Source: Lama glama | Lineage: Eukaryota | NCBI GenBank assembly: GCA_028534125.1 | Contig: CM052816.1 | Span: 59,150,450-59,214,000 of the forward strand | Length of the DNA stretch: 63,551 nt | Direction: 5' to 3' | Part shown: piece by piece, positions 1 to 10,960 of the stretch | Layout of the letters: each line of letters begins with the position of its first letter | Numbering within the stretch: position 1 is the stretch's first letter | Notes under the pieces: generated by a model | Database searches by the model: none | Told to the model about the DNA's origin: nothing | The model's input: only the letters and a program-made list of their open reading frames with translations | Made by a program: the position numbers and the translations under genes

Positions 1-344
1 AACACTTTTGCAGCCTGATTTGGGAGTTTCTAAAAATGTTTTGTACAGAGCCAGACTTTGTAAGGGGGCCAACCAACAATGAAAACCCCACTTAGCTAAG
101 GGAAGAATTGTTGGGGCTTGTCCCCTGATGGGAAAGGCCACTCCCTCCTCTTCCAATCCCTTCCAAGAACCTTAAAACTGAAAGGGCCTTTTATGTTTCT
201 GATAAATGGTTTGGCAGACACTGAGAGCTTTGGAATCGTATCCTACCTGACTTGCCTTCCACTAATCCCCTCTCCCCTCCATCAAAATATGTTGTGTCTC
301 TTGGCAACATAGCTTGAGGAATGAACGGTGTCTTGGAAAGGTTA

Positions 345-460
345 ATATTCTAGAGGTCACTTCTGGGTCCTCATCCTGGTTTTGCTGTTAACTAGTCCTG
401 TGGTGGAAAAAAATCCTCTTATCCCCGAGTCTCAGTTTCTAAACATATGAACCAATTGGT
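345..460 (+). mobile_element. Degenerate MIR/MIR3 SINE fragment
   Basis: ctgggtcctcatcctggttttgctgttaactag...gagtctcagtttctaaacatatgaa resembles the MIR core (ctgggttcnaatcc...gcctcagtttcctcatctgtaaaat). Confidence 0.5.
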
Positions 461-2575
461 GTCGGCGAGTCTGCTTCGATGCCTCCTAAACTGAATGTTG
501 GTGTTCTATTATTCAGTTATTATTAAAGCCACTTTAATGCGTCACCGCTCAGCCTAGCCATAGCTAAGTCACTGTCAGAGGTCAGAGGAAGTGGCTGTGG
601 GCAGTGTTATGCTGCTGTGTTGTCATTAGTAAGCATAGTGAAGAATCGGCAAACATGAACCAGCAGAACCTCAGTTTCTCCCTCTGCTCTCTCACCTGCC
701 ATCATTTACGAGGTCAGCTTTCTCCCTCCACCCCTCACCCACCCATCCTCTTCCACCCACAAATTCATCCAAAAACTTTTGCCTAGAGGGGAATTCAGGA
801 CTTAGTTCTTTAATGGTCAGAATTGTGCTGGGTCAAGACTTTTAACTGTGTATTTAATTAGTCATCTGTATGCATGTAACTTAAAGGCGTTCAGCTGTGC
901 CTTTTTATAGGATTAATAAAGCGGGTTGTAAATCACCTATGCAGCCTATAAAAGTATTTATAGCAGCTTTTCTCTCCCTTTGCCATTACAGAAGCTTTGT
1001 TTGAACTAGCTGAGGTTTGCATGGGGATAGTGCTACCCAGTTTTAGGAGGAAAGCGTTAACAGTCCCTTCCTGGCAAACCACAACCCCATCATTAGGCAA
1101 TGCAAAATGTGCTGAAATGTTAAGCTCCAGCAAGGACGTTCCAAGGCGTTATTGCCAACAGCAAGCCTTCTGTGTTAATGAAAATCAAAATACAAAAAAG
1201 CCAGTCAACTGCAGGCACAAAACTTAAGCCGAACTTGAGAAATATGACCAGAGCTGGAATGCCATGGCTTCTTGACTTCTATAAACCTTAACAGGATTTG
1301 GCAAGCCCTTCTCCAAGCCCATGCATTTGCACCGGCCAAACACCTTTTGGAACCACCTCAGCCAATTCCACATATCACTGAGTCTGCAGAGGAACAAGCC
1401 ACCTTTTGTCTGATAGATGTTCAGAGCTGTCATGGGTAAAGTAAACAGTTACCAGAACCCCTTCTCTGTGTCAGCAGGAGATTCATTTCTCACACCCTTC
1501 TCTCCAGCCTACCCAAGAAAGGATCTCTAAGAAGAGAACTAGACCTCTGTGATCTCCCCTACATCATTCCTTTACAAGCCCTTCCTGACTTGAATTCTTC
1601 TGGCTGAAGGCAATAGAAAGTAGCATTGATTAGGATTCTGTCACATAAGGTAAACACACATAGCTTAGTTACCATTTCAGGGCTAACCCTGGACAGAAGC
1701 ATCATAGGTTTTGGATCTGCAGATCTATGTTCTGAAACCCCACCATTCATATTTCTTCTTTAGAAGAATCTTGACTGTCTAATCACCTCTCAGTTGAAAG
1801 AAAAAAGGGAATAGAATTATTAAAGAGATTACAGGAACCTGTGAAGGACAATCTAACTTGGGGTTTGGGACAGGCTGCATTCTCAGCACTGGGGGCTTCC
1901 ATAAATAAGTAGCTGTTTGTGTATTTCCCTGGCTGTCAGAAGGGAAGGCACTTGGTCACTTGGGTGGATCCTAGAGTTAATCAACCTCAGGGGGCATCTG
2001 GGCTTTTGCTTGGAGTCCTGTGGTATAACGCGTGTTTGTATTTATTCAGGAATAGAGTGTGAGGGCACACGTGTGCTGAGAGGGTGAGGGGTGAAGTAGC
2101 AGTGGGCTCTTCTCCCTGAAAATGACCCTAAGAGGTGGGAGTCACGGGAATTTGGTTTACCAACTTTGTGAGATTTCTCCAGCCTTGGATATTGGCTGGA
2201 GCTTCTTCAGATCTCAAATGCTTTGTCTCTTCTTTGAGCTTGTTGACTTTTCTTTTTCCTTCTCTCCCTTCTGTCCTGTTCCCTCCTTTTCCCCCTTCTT
2301 TTCCTTTTGTTTGGAAAAAATCTTTGGGGAAAATGTCATGGATGTTATCCTCAATGTCTGACATTAGGAAACAGGATTCAGGACTAATTCTTTTTGAGAT
2401 GGGATAAATTTTTATTGAGATGGGACCTCTTCTACAGAGAAAATGTGTAGAAGAAAACTAGCATTCCCTTTGATCATGGCTAGGTTAGTGTGAACTTGCT
2501 TGTTTTCTGCTGATGAATCATCTTGTGCTTCCCTAACAGCTATTCTCCAGGATCTTCTTTGCACTTAGAGAATGA

Positions 2576-2606
2576 TTCTCTCTCTCTCTCTCTGTCTTTT
2601 TTCTTT
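2576..2606. repeat. (CT)n / T-rich simple repeat
   Basis: ttctctctctctctctctgtcttttttcttt seen directly. Confidence 0.8.
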
Positions 2607-2699
2607 AAAGGATAAATAAAGAATAGAAAACATTTGAAGCTGAGATTAAGACTTTAGCTTTGCATCTTCTATCATTGAGCTTCCTTTGGTGGCTACTAA

Positions 2700-4090
2700 C
2701 TTTTAACAAATTTATGTAACAAATAATGTATCATGAGATTCACCCATTTTGGGTATGCAATTCAATGATTTTTATGTAGATTTATGGAGTTGTGTAAAAT
2801 CACAATAACCATTTTAAAACGATTGTTATCACTCTAGTGAGATTTTTCATATCCATTTACACTTACTTTTTATCCTATCCCCAGCCTCCCACAACCACTA
2901 GTTTACTTTCTGTTTCTGTAGATTTGTGTTTTCTAGACATTTCACATAAATGGAATCATTCAATATGCAGTCTTCTGTGCCTGGCTTCTTTCCCTCAAAA
3001 TAACATTTTTGAGGTTTATTAATGTTGTAACACGTATCAATATTTCATTCCTTTTTATTGCTGGGAATATTCCGTTGTGTGCATATACCACATTCTGTTT
3101 ATTCACCAGTGGACATTTGGGTTATGTCTACTTTTAGGCTATTACGAATAGTGTTGCTATGAATATTTGCGTGCAAATCGTAGTGTGGTCATATGTTGTC
3201 ATTTCTGTTTGTTAGATGAGTAGGTTTGGAATTGCTGGGTCATATGGCAAATTTATGTTTAACTTTTAAGAAACTGTCAAACATTTTTTCTGAAGCATCT
3301 GCACCATTTTATACTCTCACTAGCACCGTATGAGATTTCCTATTTCTCCACATCCTGGACAACATTTGCTATTATCTGTCTTTTTGATTATAGCCATTCT
3401 AGTGGGTATGATATGGTATCTCATTGTGGTTTTGATTTGCTTTCCCCTAATGACTAATAGGATGGAACATCCTTTGTGAATTTATTTGCTATTCAGATAT
3501 CTTCTTTGGTGAAATGTTTATTCATAGATTTGGTCAACTTTTAAATGAGTATTTTTGTCTTCTTGCTTTTGATTTGTATGAGTTTTTTTTTTTTTTTTAA
3601 TATTCTGGATACCAGCCCTTTATCAGATTTGTAATTTGCAAAAAAAAAAAACTCTCTCCCAGTTTGTGGCTTATCTTTTCATTTTCTTAATAATGTCTTT
3701 GAAGGGCAAACATTTTGAATTTTGATGAAGTCCAAGTTACCAATTTTTTTCTTTTCATGGATCATGCTTTTGGTGTTGTATTGAGGATATTTCCTTTTAA
3801 CCCAAGTTCCTGAAGATTTTCTCCTGTCTTCTTCCAAATGTTTAATATTTTAGCTTTTACCTCTAGCTCTCTGATCTACCTTAAGTTAATTTTCATGTAC
3901 AGTGTGAAGTCTGTGTTCACCTTTTTGCATGTGGATATACAATTTTCCCAACAGTATTCGTTAAAAAGACTATTCTTTCTCCATTGAATTTTGTGGACAC
4001 CATTTGAAAATTCAGTTGACCATAAATATTAAGATTTATTTCCCTCAATTCAGTTGCATTTTTGTATCTATCCTTTTGCCAGTGGTTACT
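2700..4090 (-). mobile_element. 5'-truncated LINE-1, L1MB-like 3' UTR plus ORF2 C-terminal region
   Basis: Typical antisense L1 motifs: cataaatggaatcattcaatatg, gccattctagtgggtatgatatggtatctcattgtggttttgatttgc, tggatatacaattttcccaacagtattcgttaaaaagacta. ORF 3917..4147(-) contains ORF2-like EINLNIYGQLNF. Confidence 0.9.
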
Positions 4091-5357
4091 AGTGACTGAT
4101 TTTCCTGAGATTCTGATTGTCAAAAGAGAATCAGTGCAATTGGACATAAGACATTAAGCTAGATTTTTTTTTTGAAGAAACAAACCCTCCCCACAAATGG
4201 AAATGGGAGAAATGAGTGCTTTAACAAGTGATTTGCATGAAAGTTTGCGTGGAAGGAGAACCCAGAACCAGGACTCTCTGTGGGACTGGAATGATTCTCA
4301 TGCAGAGAAGACCCACTGTATTGAATCAAAGCCCAAAGCAAATACGAGACTTGAGTTAAACAAGGGAGCTCTCAGGAGAGAGGGTCAGGGGATGGGAGAA
4401 CTGAGCCAGGTAACCACTTAGGGAAAATATTTCTCTCCTGTTGGTCCAAACTCATCAAAGGATGTAAACTTGGAGCAATGTAGCCAGAGCCTCTGTTTAT
4501 TTTTTTTAATGGAGATGTCTCTAAAAGACTATGATTCATGCAAAAACACTCTTTGTTTTCTTTTTTTAAAAAAAAGACAAAAAGCCACTTTGATAAAGGA
4601 GAATAGTGGAAGGAGACTTTCATTTCTAGCTTTCCTTTCTTCCCACTCTTTCCCTCCTTTCTCCAATTTATAATATGTCAGGGATCTGTTGTTGATCTAG
4701 ACACAGACAGACCAAACCCCTGTGATCCTTTTTTTTCAGTGGACATATCATCAACAGCATAAATACTGTTTACAGTGACAACAATCTAGCAAACCTAGTT
4801 TATGACGTATAATTTAGAGCAAAAAGCAAGGGACAAAGAAAACTTGGACATTATTGAAGTCCAATGATATGAGATGATTCTTGAGAAGGCTCCTTTATTG
4901 AATTATGCATTACAAAACTCAAGTACTGAAATTGCTTCCTCAAAGGGACCACTGTTTCCTAACTTCTCGTAGCCCAAGAAGAGAAGTTCACTGAAGCAAT
5001 AGAGCTGACTCTACAGAATAAAAGGGCTTTTCCTGGAATCATGTTGAGAAGACATGGCTTTGGCTCTTCATGTGCCTTGCCTGGAGCAGCCTGGGCTCCC
5101 TGAGACATCCTAGAGGGCAGGCAAGAGCCATAATTAATTGGGGGCCTTCTGTATCTGTAAGTGAAGTGAGTTCCACATCATGAAACACTACAGTCTACCC
5201 TTCCTTAACCCACTAGGTTAAGTGAAAATAATATGACTTCCAGAATCAGCCACACGTTACAGTGAGTTCGGGCCAATACATTGCTGGAACCTAGTGATGT
5301 TCAATAGTCTTAGCTTCTCTCTCATGCCATCCACTCTCCATCCTCCACTCCCTATAG

Positions 5358-5392
5358 AAGGAAGCTCTCAGGAGAGCTAGGGCACTGGACAG
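5358..5392 (+). other. Exon-like segment (35 nt), unverified
   Basis: Pyrimidine-rich acceptor ccactctccatcctccactccctatag followed by a consensus donor CAG|GTAAGT. Splice signals only. Confidence 0.2.
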
Positions 5393-6789
5393 GTAAGTTA
5401 TTATGAATGGCAAAGGAGACTGAGAGGCTGTTTACAAAGGCACAGTTGAGTGCTTGTCATTCAAGCAAAAGCTTCAGATCCAAACATGTGAAAATGGATA
5501 GACCCTTCAAAATGTTAAACCCGCATGGATTTCATATTAAATTTTCTTCCAATGACCAAATTTCTACCACCTATTACTCTCAGTGCAGAACAAGAACTCT
5601 GAGCTGAGTACCACTCTCCTAAGTCCGGCTGATATGCAAATCAAACAAGAAGCCCCTTTCTCCCTGTACATCACACTGAAGATAGGCAGAATCCCCAAAC
5701 CCAGGGCTGCCCAGGACGGAAAAATGGAGGAACTGTGTCTTCAAACCTCTTCACTGTGCTTTAGACACTCTTTTCCTGGTTTTCCTTCTTCCCTGATGGC
5801 TCCAGAGCCCTGCAGTGGCCCCTGCATCACTCATGATCTGGTCACTTAGGAAACACCTTCATCATTGCCACCCTTTCTTCAGAATGCACCTGCCCACCAC
5901 TCTGTTTCTAATGGGCCCTTTAGGGAGAAGGCTGCAAATCCATTCATATGGACTACCATGGACTGATTGTCTTTAGGCTTCTAGAAACTGTTTTAGTTGA
6001 CAGCAACTAGTGGGGAGGGACTTAAAGGCTAACAGAAGCTTTCAAAATCACACTGCTTGGGGGCCTGGAACCTACTCTGTCTCATGTCCACATCCCCCCT
6101 CTCTTTTCCTGCAGAAGTCTAGAGAAGGCCAGGTGCCTGGGGGAGCAGTGGAAATGTCTTCTTAGCCTTGTTATGTATCGTTAATTTCAGTTATTATAGT
6201 GTGACTCTTGTCTGGTTGAGAAAAAATCAGCCCAGGCTGGCCTCAGATGCTCTGGTTAGTCACTGCCGGTCCATGGGTGTCTGTTGTCGGCCTGGACACA
6301 TGGATAGTGACAGCAATTGCCACAGGCTGCCCTCTGCTCTGCAGCTCGGACACTTTGTTCTGGACACGCTGGGCTCTCAGCTGGGCTTTCTTTCAGTGGA
6401 AGCTCTGAAGTTTCCATTGTGTTGGGGCTGGCTGGGGCTCAGGAGAGCCATGCTGCGATGAGTCAGCTGAAGGGTACACAGGTGTCTAGGGTGGAAGACT
6501 GAAGCTGCTATGGAACCCCAATTCTGAGTGGGGCTTCCCAGCCATTTCCTTATTCCAGGAGCCCAGGAAAGGGCTCAAAGAAGGAGCTGTTTCTGTACAA
6601 AGTGTCCAGAGGAGCGCACTGGGGATGCAGCCATGGGAGGAGGGGTGAATGAGCAGGGACTGGGGAGTACAAGGCATCTGGCTGAGTGCATCTGGCTTTG
6701 GCTTGTTGAGCCAAGCTCATTATCAGCAATTTTGGGGGAAAAAAGTTTAGTAACTGTCATTAAAGGGCTCAAGTCATGTTTTCTTTTAA

Positions 6790-7620
6790 ACGGTGGATTT
6801 TCTTTTCCTATTTATAAAAACATCCATGCTCACTGTAGAAAACATGAAAAACACAAAAACCACCAATAGAAAAACACAAATCATGCAAACAGGGTTAAGT
6901 CATATTTGTACCAGTAGTATGTGAAATGAATATTTCTCCTTGCAGTCTACATTGGATAGACTGTATCTTTGTTAATCTTTGTCAAACTGAGAAGCATAAA
7001 GTTCTATCTCATTATTTTATTTTGAATATTTCTGTTTATTAATGTGATTTGGTTTTTTTTCACTTATTTATTGATGAAATACATAGCACCAGTAAATGGG
7101 GGTTCCCTGTTTTTAATTGCTTTATAAGAGCGACTTACACATTAGAATGTTTTCTCTTTCTTTTATGTAAAGGAAATACCTTTCTAACTTGTTATTTTCT
7201 TTTACTTTTAGTTTCTAATTATTCAAATGTTATATAATCACATGTATTCATCTCTTTAGAGTCTACGCTTGATACTATTTAGGAAGATAATTTCCACTGT
7301 AGGATATAATGCTCGTCTTTTTTTTTGAATATTTAGAAATAATTTTTTAATGTGTAAAGTAACCCTTTAATCATTTGCCATTTGAGGTACATGGTGTAAG
7401 GAAGAAACCTCACTTCCTCCCCTGACCTCTTGAGGTTAACCTATTTTCCCAGCATCATTTATTAAATAATTGAGTCATGTTTCATTGATATAAAATGTCA
7501 CCTTGTTGATATGTGAAATATTTATACATGAACTCTGTTTCTGTGCACTTCGTATAATTTCGTTCATCTATCTGCACAGTTCTGAAGTACTACACACTAC
7601 TTTAGTAATCATAGATTCTT
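6790..7620 (-). mobile_element. Highly decayed old LINE-1 (L1ME-like) remnant
   Basis: tataaaaacatccatgctcactgtagaaaac (L1ME-type 3' end); ttttccccagcatcatttattaaataat and atcatttgccatttgaggtacatggtgtaagg (antisense ORF2). Confidence 0.6.
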
Positions 7621-7870
7621 TCTGCCTTTATATTTTTTGTCAATATTTTTTCATTTCTTCCAATTTCAGTTTATTAGTTTTTACTTCTCCTTTAATGAGT
7701 CTTTTACCTCTTTATTTTGGTATTTTGGGTTTCTTTATGATGTCTTCAGTGAATTTTTAGTTCACTTTTTAAATCTCTATTTAATGTATATAATATTATA
7801 AATATAATTCTGATTTTATTAATCCCATACTATAGGTTTTAAAATATGACATTCTCATTATTACTTTCTA

Positions 7871-7953
7871 GTGGGGTGGGTATAGCTCAGCAATAGAGCT
7901 TGTGCTTAGCAGGCTCAAGGTCCTGTGTTCAATCCTCAATACCTCCATTAATC

Positions 7954-8005
<52 letters not shown>

Positions 8006-8035
8006 CAGCAGCAGCAGCAGCAGCAGCAACAGATT
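7871..8035 (+). mobile_element. tRNA-Ala(AGC)-derived SINE, Vic-1-like, with microsatellite tail and 14-bp TSD
   Basis: Head gggtatagctcagcaatagagcttgtgcttagcaggctcaaggtcctgtgttcaatcctcaatacctcca (to 7947) is colinear with tRNA-Ala. A box about 7883-7896, B box GTTCAATCC 7927-7935. TSD attattactttcta at 7857-7870 and 8036-8049. Confidence 0.88.
7954..8030. repeat. Compound trinucleotide microsatellite (AAT)n(AAC)2(AGC)n
   Basis: Seen directly; it produces the poly-N/S and poly-L runs in the ORF track. Confidence 0.97.
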
Positions 8036-8049
8036 ATTATTACTTTCTA

Positions 8050-8470
8050 AGGATTCTTTGATCATAGTTTTGACTTTTGTCCCAAGAATTATTTCTAAAA
8101 GGATCTTTGAATAATCAAGTAGTGATTTAGTTTTTAACACTTTTATTATTAAAATAAAATATAAAATGTCCTGTTTGAGAATGTTACTACTGTTTTCTCT
8201 GTAACTCAAAGCATGTCAATTATAGGGAAAAATATTTACCTGTTTATTGGGTCCAAAAATCAATATAGATAAAATGAGCCAACTGTATCAATTATATTTC
8301 TCAAACTCTCTTTCTCTTTATTTGCCCCAATTTATCAAAAAAAAAAAAAAAACACTGAAAAGCCAAACAGGATATTGTTAGTCTTTATTATTTTGCTTCT
8401 GTAAATTCCTTCATGAGTTTGAGGTTTTTGCTTTATGTGTTTTGGTGCTGTGTCATTCTGTTAATAAGGG
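8050..8470 (-). mobile_element. Probable old L1 ORF2 remnant
   Basis: AT-rich; gtttttgctttatgtgttttggtgctgtgtcattctg resembles the antisense L1 endonuclease region. Confidence 0.4.
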
Positions 8471-8475
8471 TTAAT

Positions 8476-8995
8476 GTTAATGGGACAAATTGATGTACCA
8501 CCTAAGATACAGTAACAGCATCAATTCTATGACATTTCTACCAAAAATGCATAATCTAATCGATCTATGAGGAAATACCAGATAAACACAAATTGAGGAA
8601 TTTTCTACAAAATAATTGGCCTGTAATCTTTTCAAAAGTGTTAAAATCACAGAACTCAAAGACTGAAGAATTGGGGATTAAAAGACATGACAACTAAATT
8701 TAACACATAATTCTGGATTGGGTGCTTTTGCCATAAAGAACATTTGGGACAATTGGCAAAACTTAATGTGGGTCTGTGAATTAGAGACTAGTCGTGTATC
8801 ATTGCAAGTGTCCAGATTTTGATGTTTGTATTGTGCTTATGTAGGGAAATATCTTTTTCAGTAGGAATTATACACTAAAGTCTTTTGGGGTCATGGCCTA
8901 TCTTGTCAGCAACTTTCTCTCAAAAGTTTCAGAAAAAAAGTTCTTTGTATTCTTGAGGGTTTTCTATAAGTTTGAAATTATTTAAAAAGGAAAAG
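8476..8995 (+). mobile_element. L1MC4-like (MER42-type) LINE-1 3' UTR fragment
   Basis: ccaaaaatgcataatctaatc...atgaggaaataccagataaacacaaattgagg...ctacaaaataattggcctgta...gacatgacaactaaat...ttttctataagtttgaaattattt. Confidence 0.85.
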
Positions 8996-9364
8996 ATTAA
9001 TTTAACATACATATATTCTGAGTCATCTGGACCGCCTCCTTATACCCAAGTCCTGTCATCTAGTTTTTCTTCGTGGCCATGTTGGTGCCAATTAATATCA
9101 TAATCACGTGATAGTTTGTAACTTTGAACGTGTTAGTGACCACATCTGAAGGCTCTCTGTCTAAAGAGAGTCCAGCCCGTGGCCTGACAGAGGAATGAAA
9201 TGAATTCTGCTGAAAGCAATGGCCCTTCTGCCTCGATCGCTTTTTAGGGGGACTCAGGGTTCCCTGCCTAATGCCCGATGCCCTTGGTGGTCCCCAGGCC
9301 TCCCTGGCCCTGGCAATCTTGTAGGGGAGGTGGTAAGGCAGGTCATTGCCAAGTGACCATGTTA

Positions 9365-9490
9365 TTGTCTTGCTCTTCTACAGGTGAGCTGTGTGACACA
9401 GGGGACAATCACTTAAGCTCACAAAGACTCAATTTTCAATTCAGTAAACTGAGAGGGTGGGAGTCTAGGCTCCTCCCTTGTCCAAAATGA
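9365..9490 (+). mobile_element. MIR/MIR3 fragment
   Basis: agctgtgtgacacaggggacaatcacttaagctcacaaagactcaattttcaattcagtaaactgagagggtgg matches the MIR core. Confidence 0.6.
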
Positions 9491-10199
9491 TTATTTTGAA
9501 CATTGATGAGTACGAAAATTTTAAGAATTCAAAGAAAAGAGAAGTCCCTCTGGACTGGGGCAGGTAGAAAAGCCCTCGTGAAGCTGCTGGGAAAGGTGTG
9601 GAGCCTTCACTGTAGGGCAGGGGGTAGATCTCCTCAAGAGGAGAGAGCGCAGAAGACAACGCGTGCCTTGAGGCAGACCTGGGGAGAAGAAAGAGAGGTG
9701 GGGTGAGAGGGAGACACAGTGAAGCAGGCACAGGAGGGAGCAGGCCCGGCTTGGGGTGTGTTCACTCCTCTCTTACCCATATGAACTCTGGCCCATGAAG
9801 ATCCTGGCACGAGTGTTTGCTTCTAAGATGGTTCTGTGGTTGAAACTCGTGAATGCTTTCAGTCCCATTAGGAAAAATGATCAGGAGTTAAAAGTAGACC
9901 AAATCTGCCTTCTTACACTAGGATTATGGATGCAGAGTTTTAAGGGGATACTCTACCTGTTTTTTCTTGAATTAGTGGGCAGAGTTGAAAAGAGTGAAGA
10001 ACTGGAAAGAAAGAAGAACTATAAAAATTAATTCGGCATCATCTTACAAAATTTTATATGCCATGGTTGGTACTTGTGGGTGCTTTATTATTTTTTCCCT
10101 CTCTAAGAAAGGGTCTGGGTAGGGTCCATGTGGAAGAATGAAAAGCAAATAAAATGGGACTTCCAAACTGTGGAATGAGTCATGGGAGCTTAGGAGACC

Positions 10200-10960
10200 G
10201 CATACACCTCACTGCAATGACTGATACCAAAATGCACAGTCCGCCACGCCCACACCCTCTCTGGAGAGGCCACCACTGGGCAGCAGTAGCTGGGGCACCG
10301 CCAGAGGGTAACCAGACCTGGCTGGACGGCAAGGGCGCACACTGGGGATACCGGACCCTGTGTGCTGTGGGGACACACTGGCTCTATCTCATGGTGACAC
10401 AAGGGTGCCGTACTTCTTGGCTGTTGGCCCTTGAGTGGCCAAGTAGGGAGGAATCTGTCCCAGGGGGCAGATTTCAGGCTTGGTTGGGCCCTTGGAGAGA
10501 AAATTCTTCGTTTATCTAAAGGAAATAAAAATCTGGGCAGACTGTCTATTTTGTGAAAGGCAGGCAAGTGCAGCCCGGAGGAGAGAAGGTCCTGTACCCA
10601 ATGGCTAAGTGGAGCGTGGAGCCCTGGCAGGCAGGAGAGGGGAGGCGGGCCTGGGCTGAGGGCCAGGGCCGGCCGCCTGGTGGGAGCACCAGCATCCCGC
10701 CCCCTCCTCGCCCCGTGGTCGGAACACAAAGGGAAAGAGGGTGGGGTGGGAGGCCTCGGCCCCTCTCCCTGCAGAGGTCAGTCCACTGGCCTCAAACGAT
10801 TATTGCGTTTAATGAATTGCAGCTAGTAAAAAGGCTTTGAAGCTAGAAGGCAGAGCCCGAGTGCTGAGCATTCTTTTTCTTAAATTATTTTATTCTATGA
10901 CTCGAAAAACAAAATCTCCCTGGAGCAGAGTGCAGTCGTCAAGGCTGCCAACCTTCCAGT
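10200..10960. promoter_or_regulatory. GC/CpG-enriched element (weak orphan CpG island, promoter- or enhancer-like)
   Basis: Visibly the most CpG-dense stretch in the window. GC box cccgcccc at 10696-10703; G-quadruplex motifs at 10639-10668 and 10731-10750. No recognisable repeat. Confidence 0.4.

Noticed and set aside
2128..2364. Charged, protein-looking ORF (MSDIEDNIHD...)
   Set aside because: The K/E/G-rich composition comes from a low-complexity purine tract; there is no recognisable domain or supporting gene structure.
3583..3651. Hairpin between the poly-T run and the nearby poly-A run
   Set aside because: These are expanded homopolymers inside an old L1; weak pairing and no sign of an RNA gene.
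7873..7947. Functional tRNA-Ala gene
   Set aside because: The conserved D-loop GG and several stem positions are altered, and the simple-repeat tail and TSD mark it as a retroposed SINE.
7902..8209. Poly-Asn/Ser and poly-Leu ORFs
   Set aside because: They are translations of the trinucleotide microsatellite.
10190..10729. 179-aa minus-strand ORF
   Set aside because: It lies in the GC-rich patch where stop codons are rare; overlapping ORFs occur on the other strand and no domain is recognisable.
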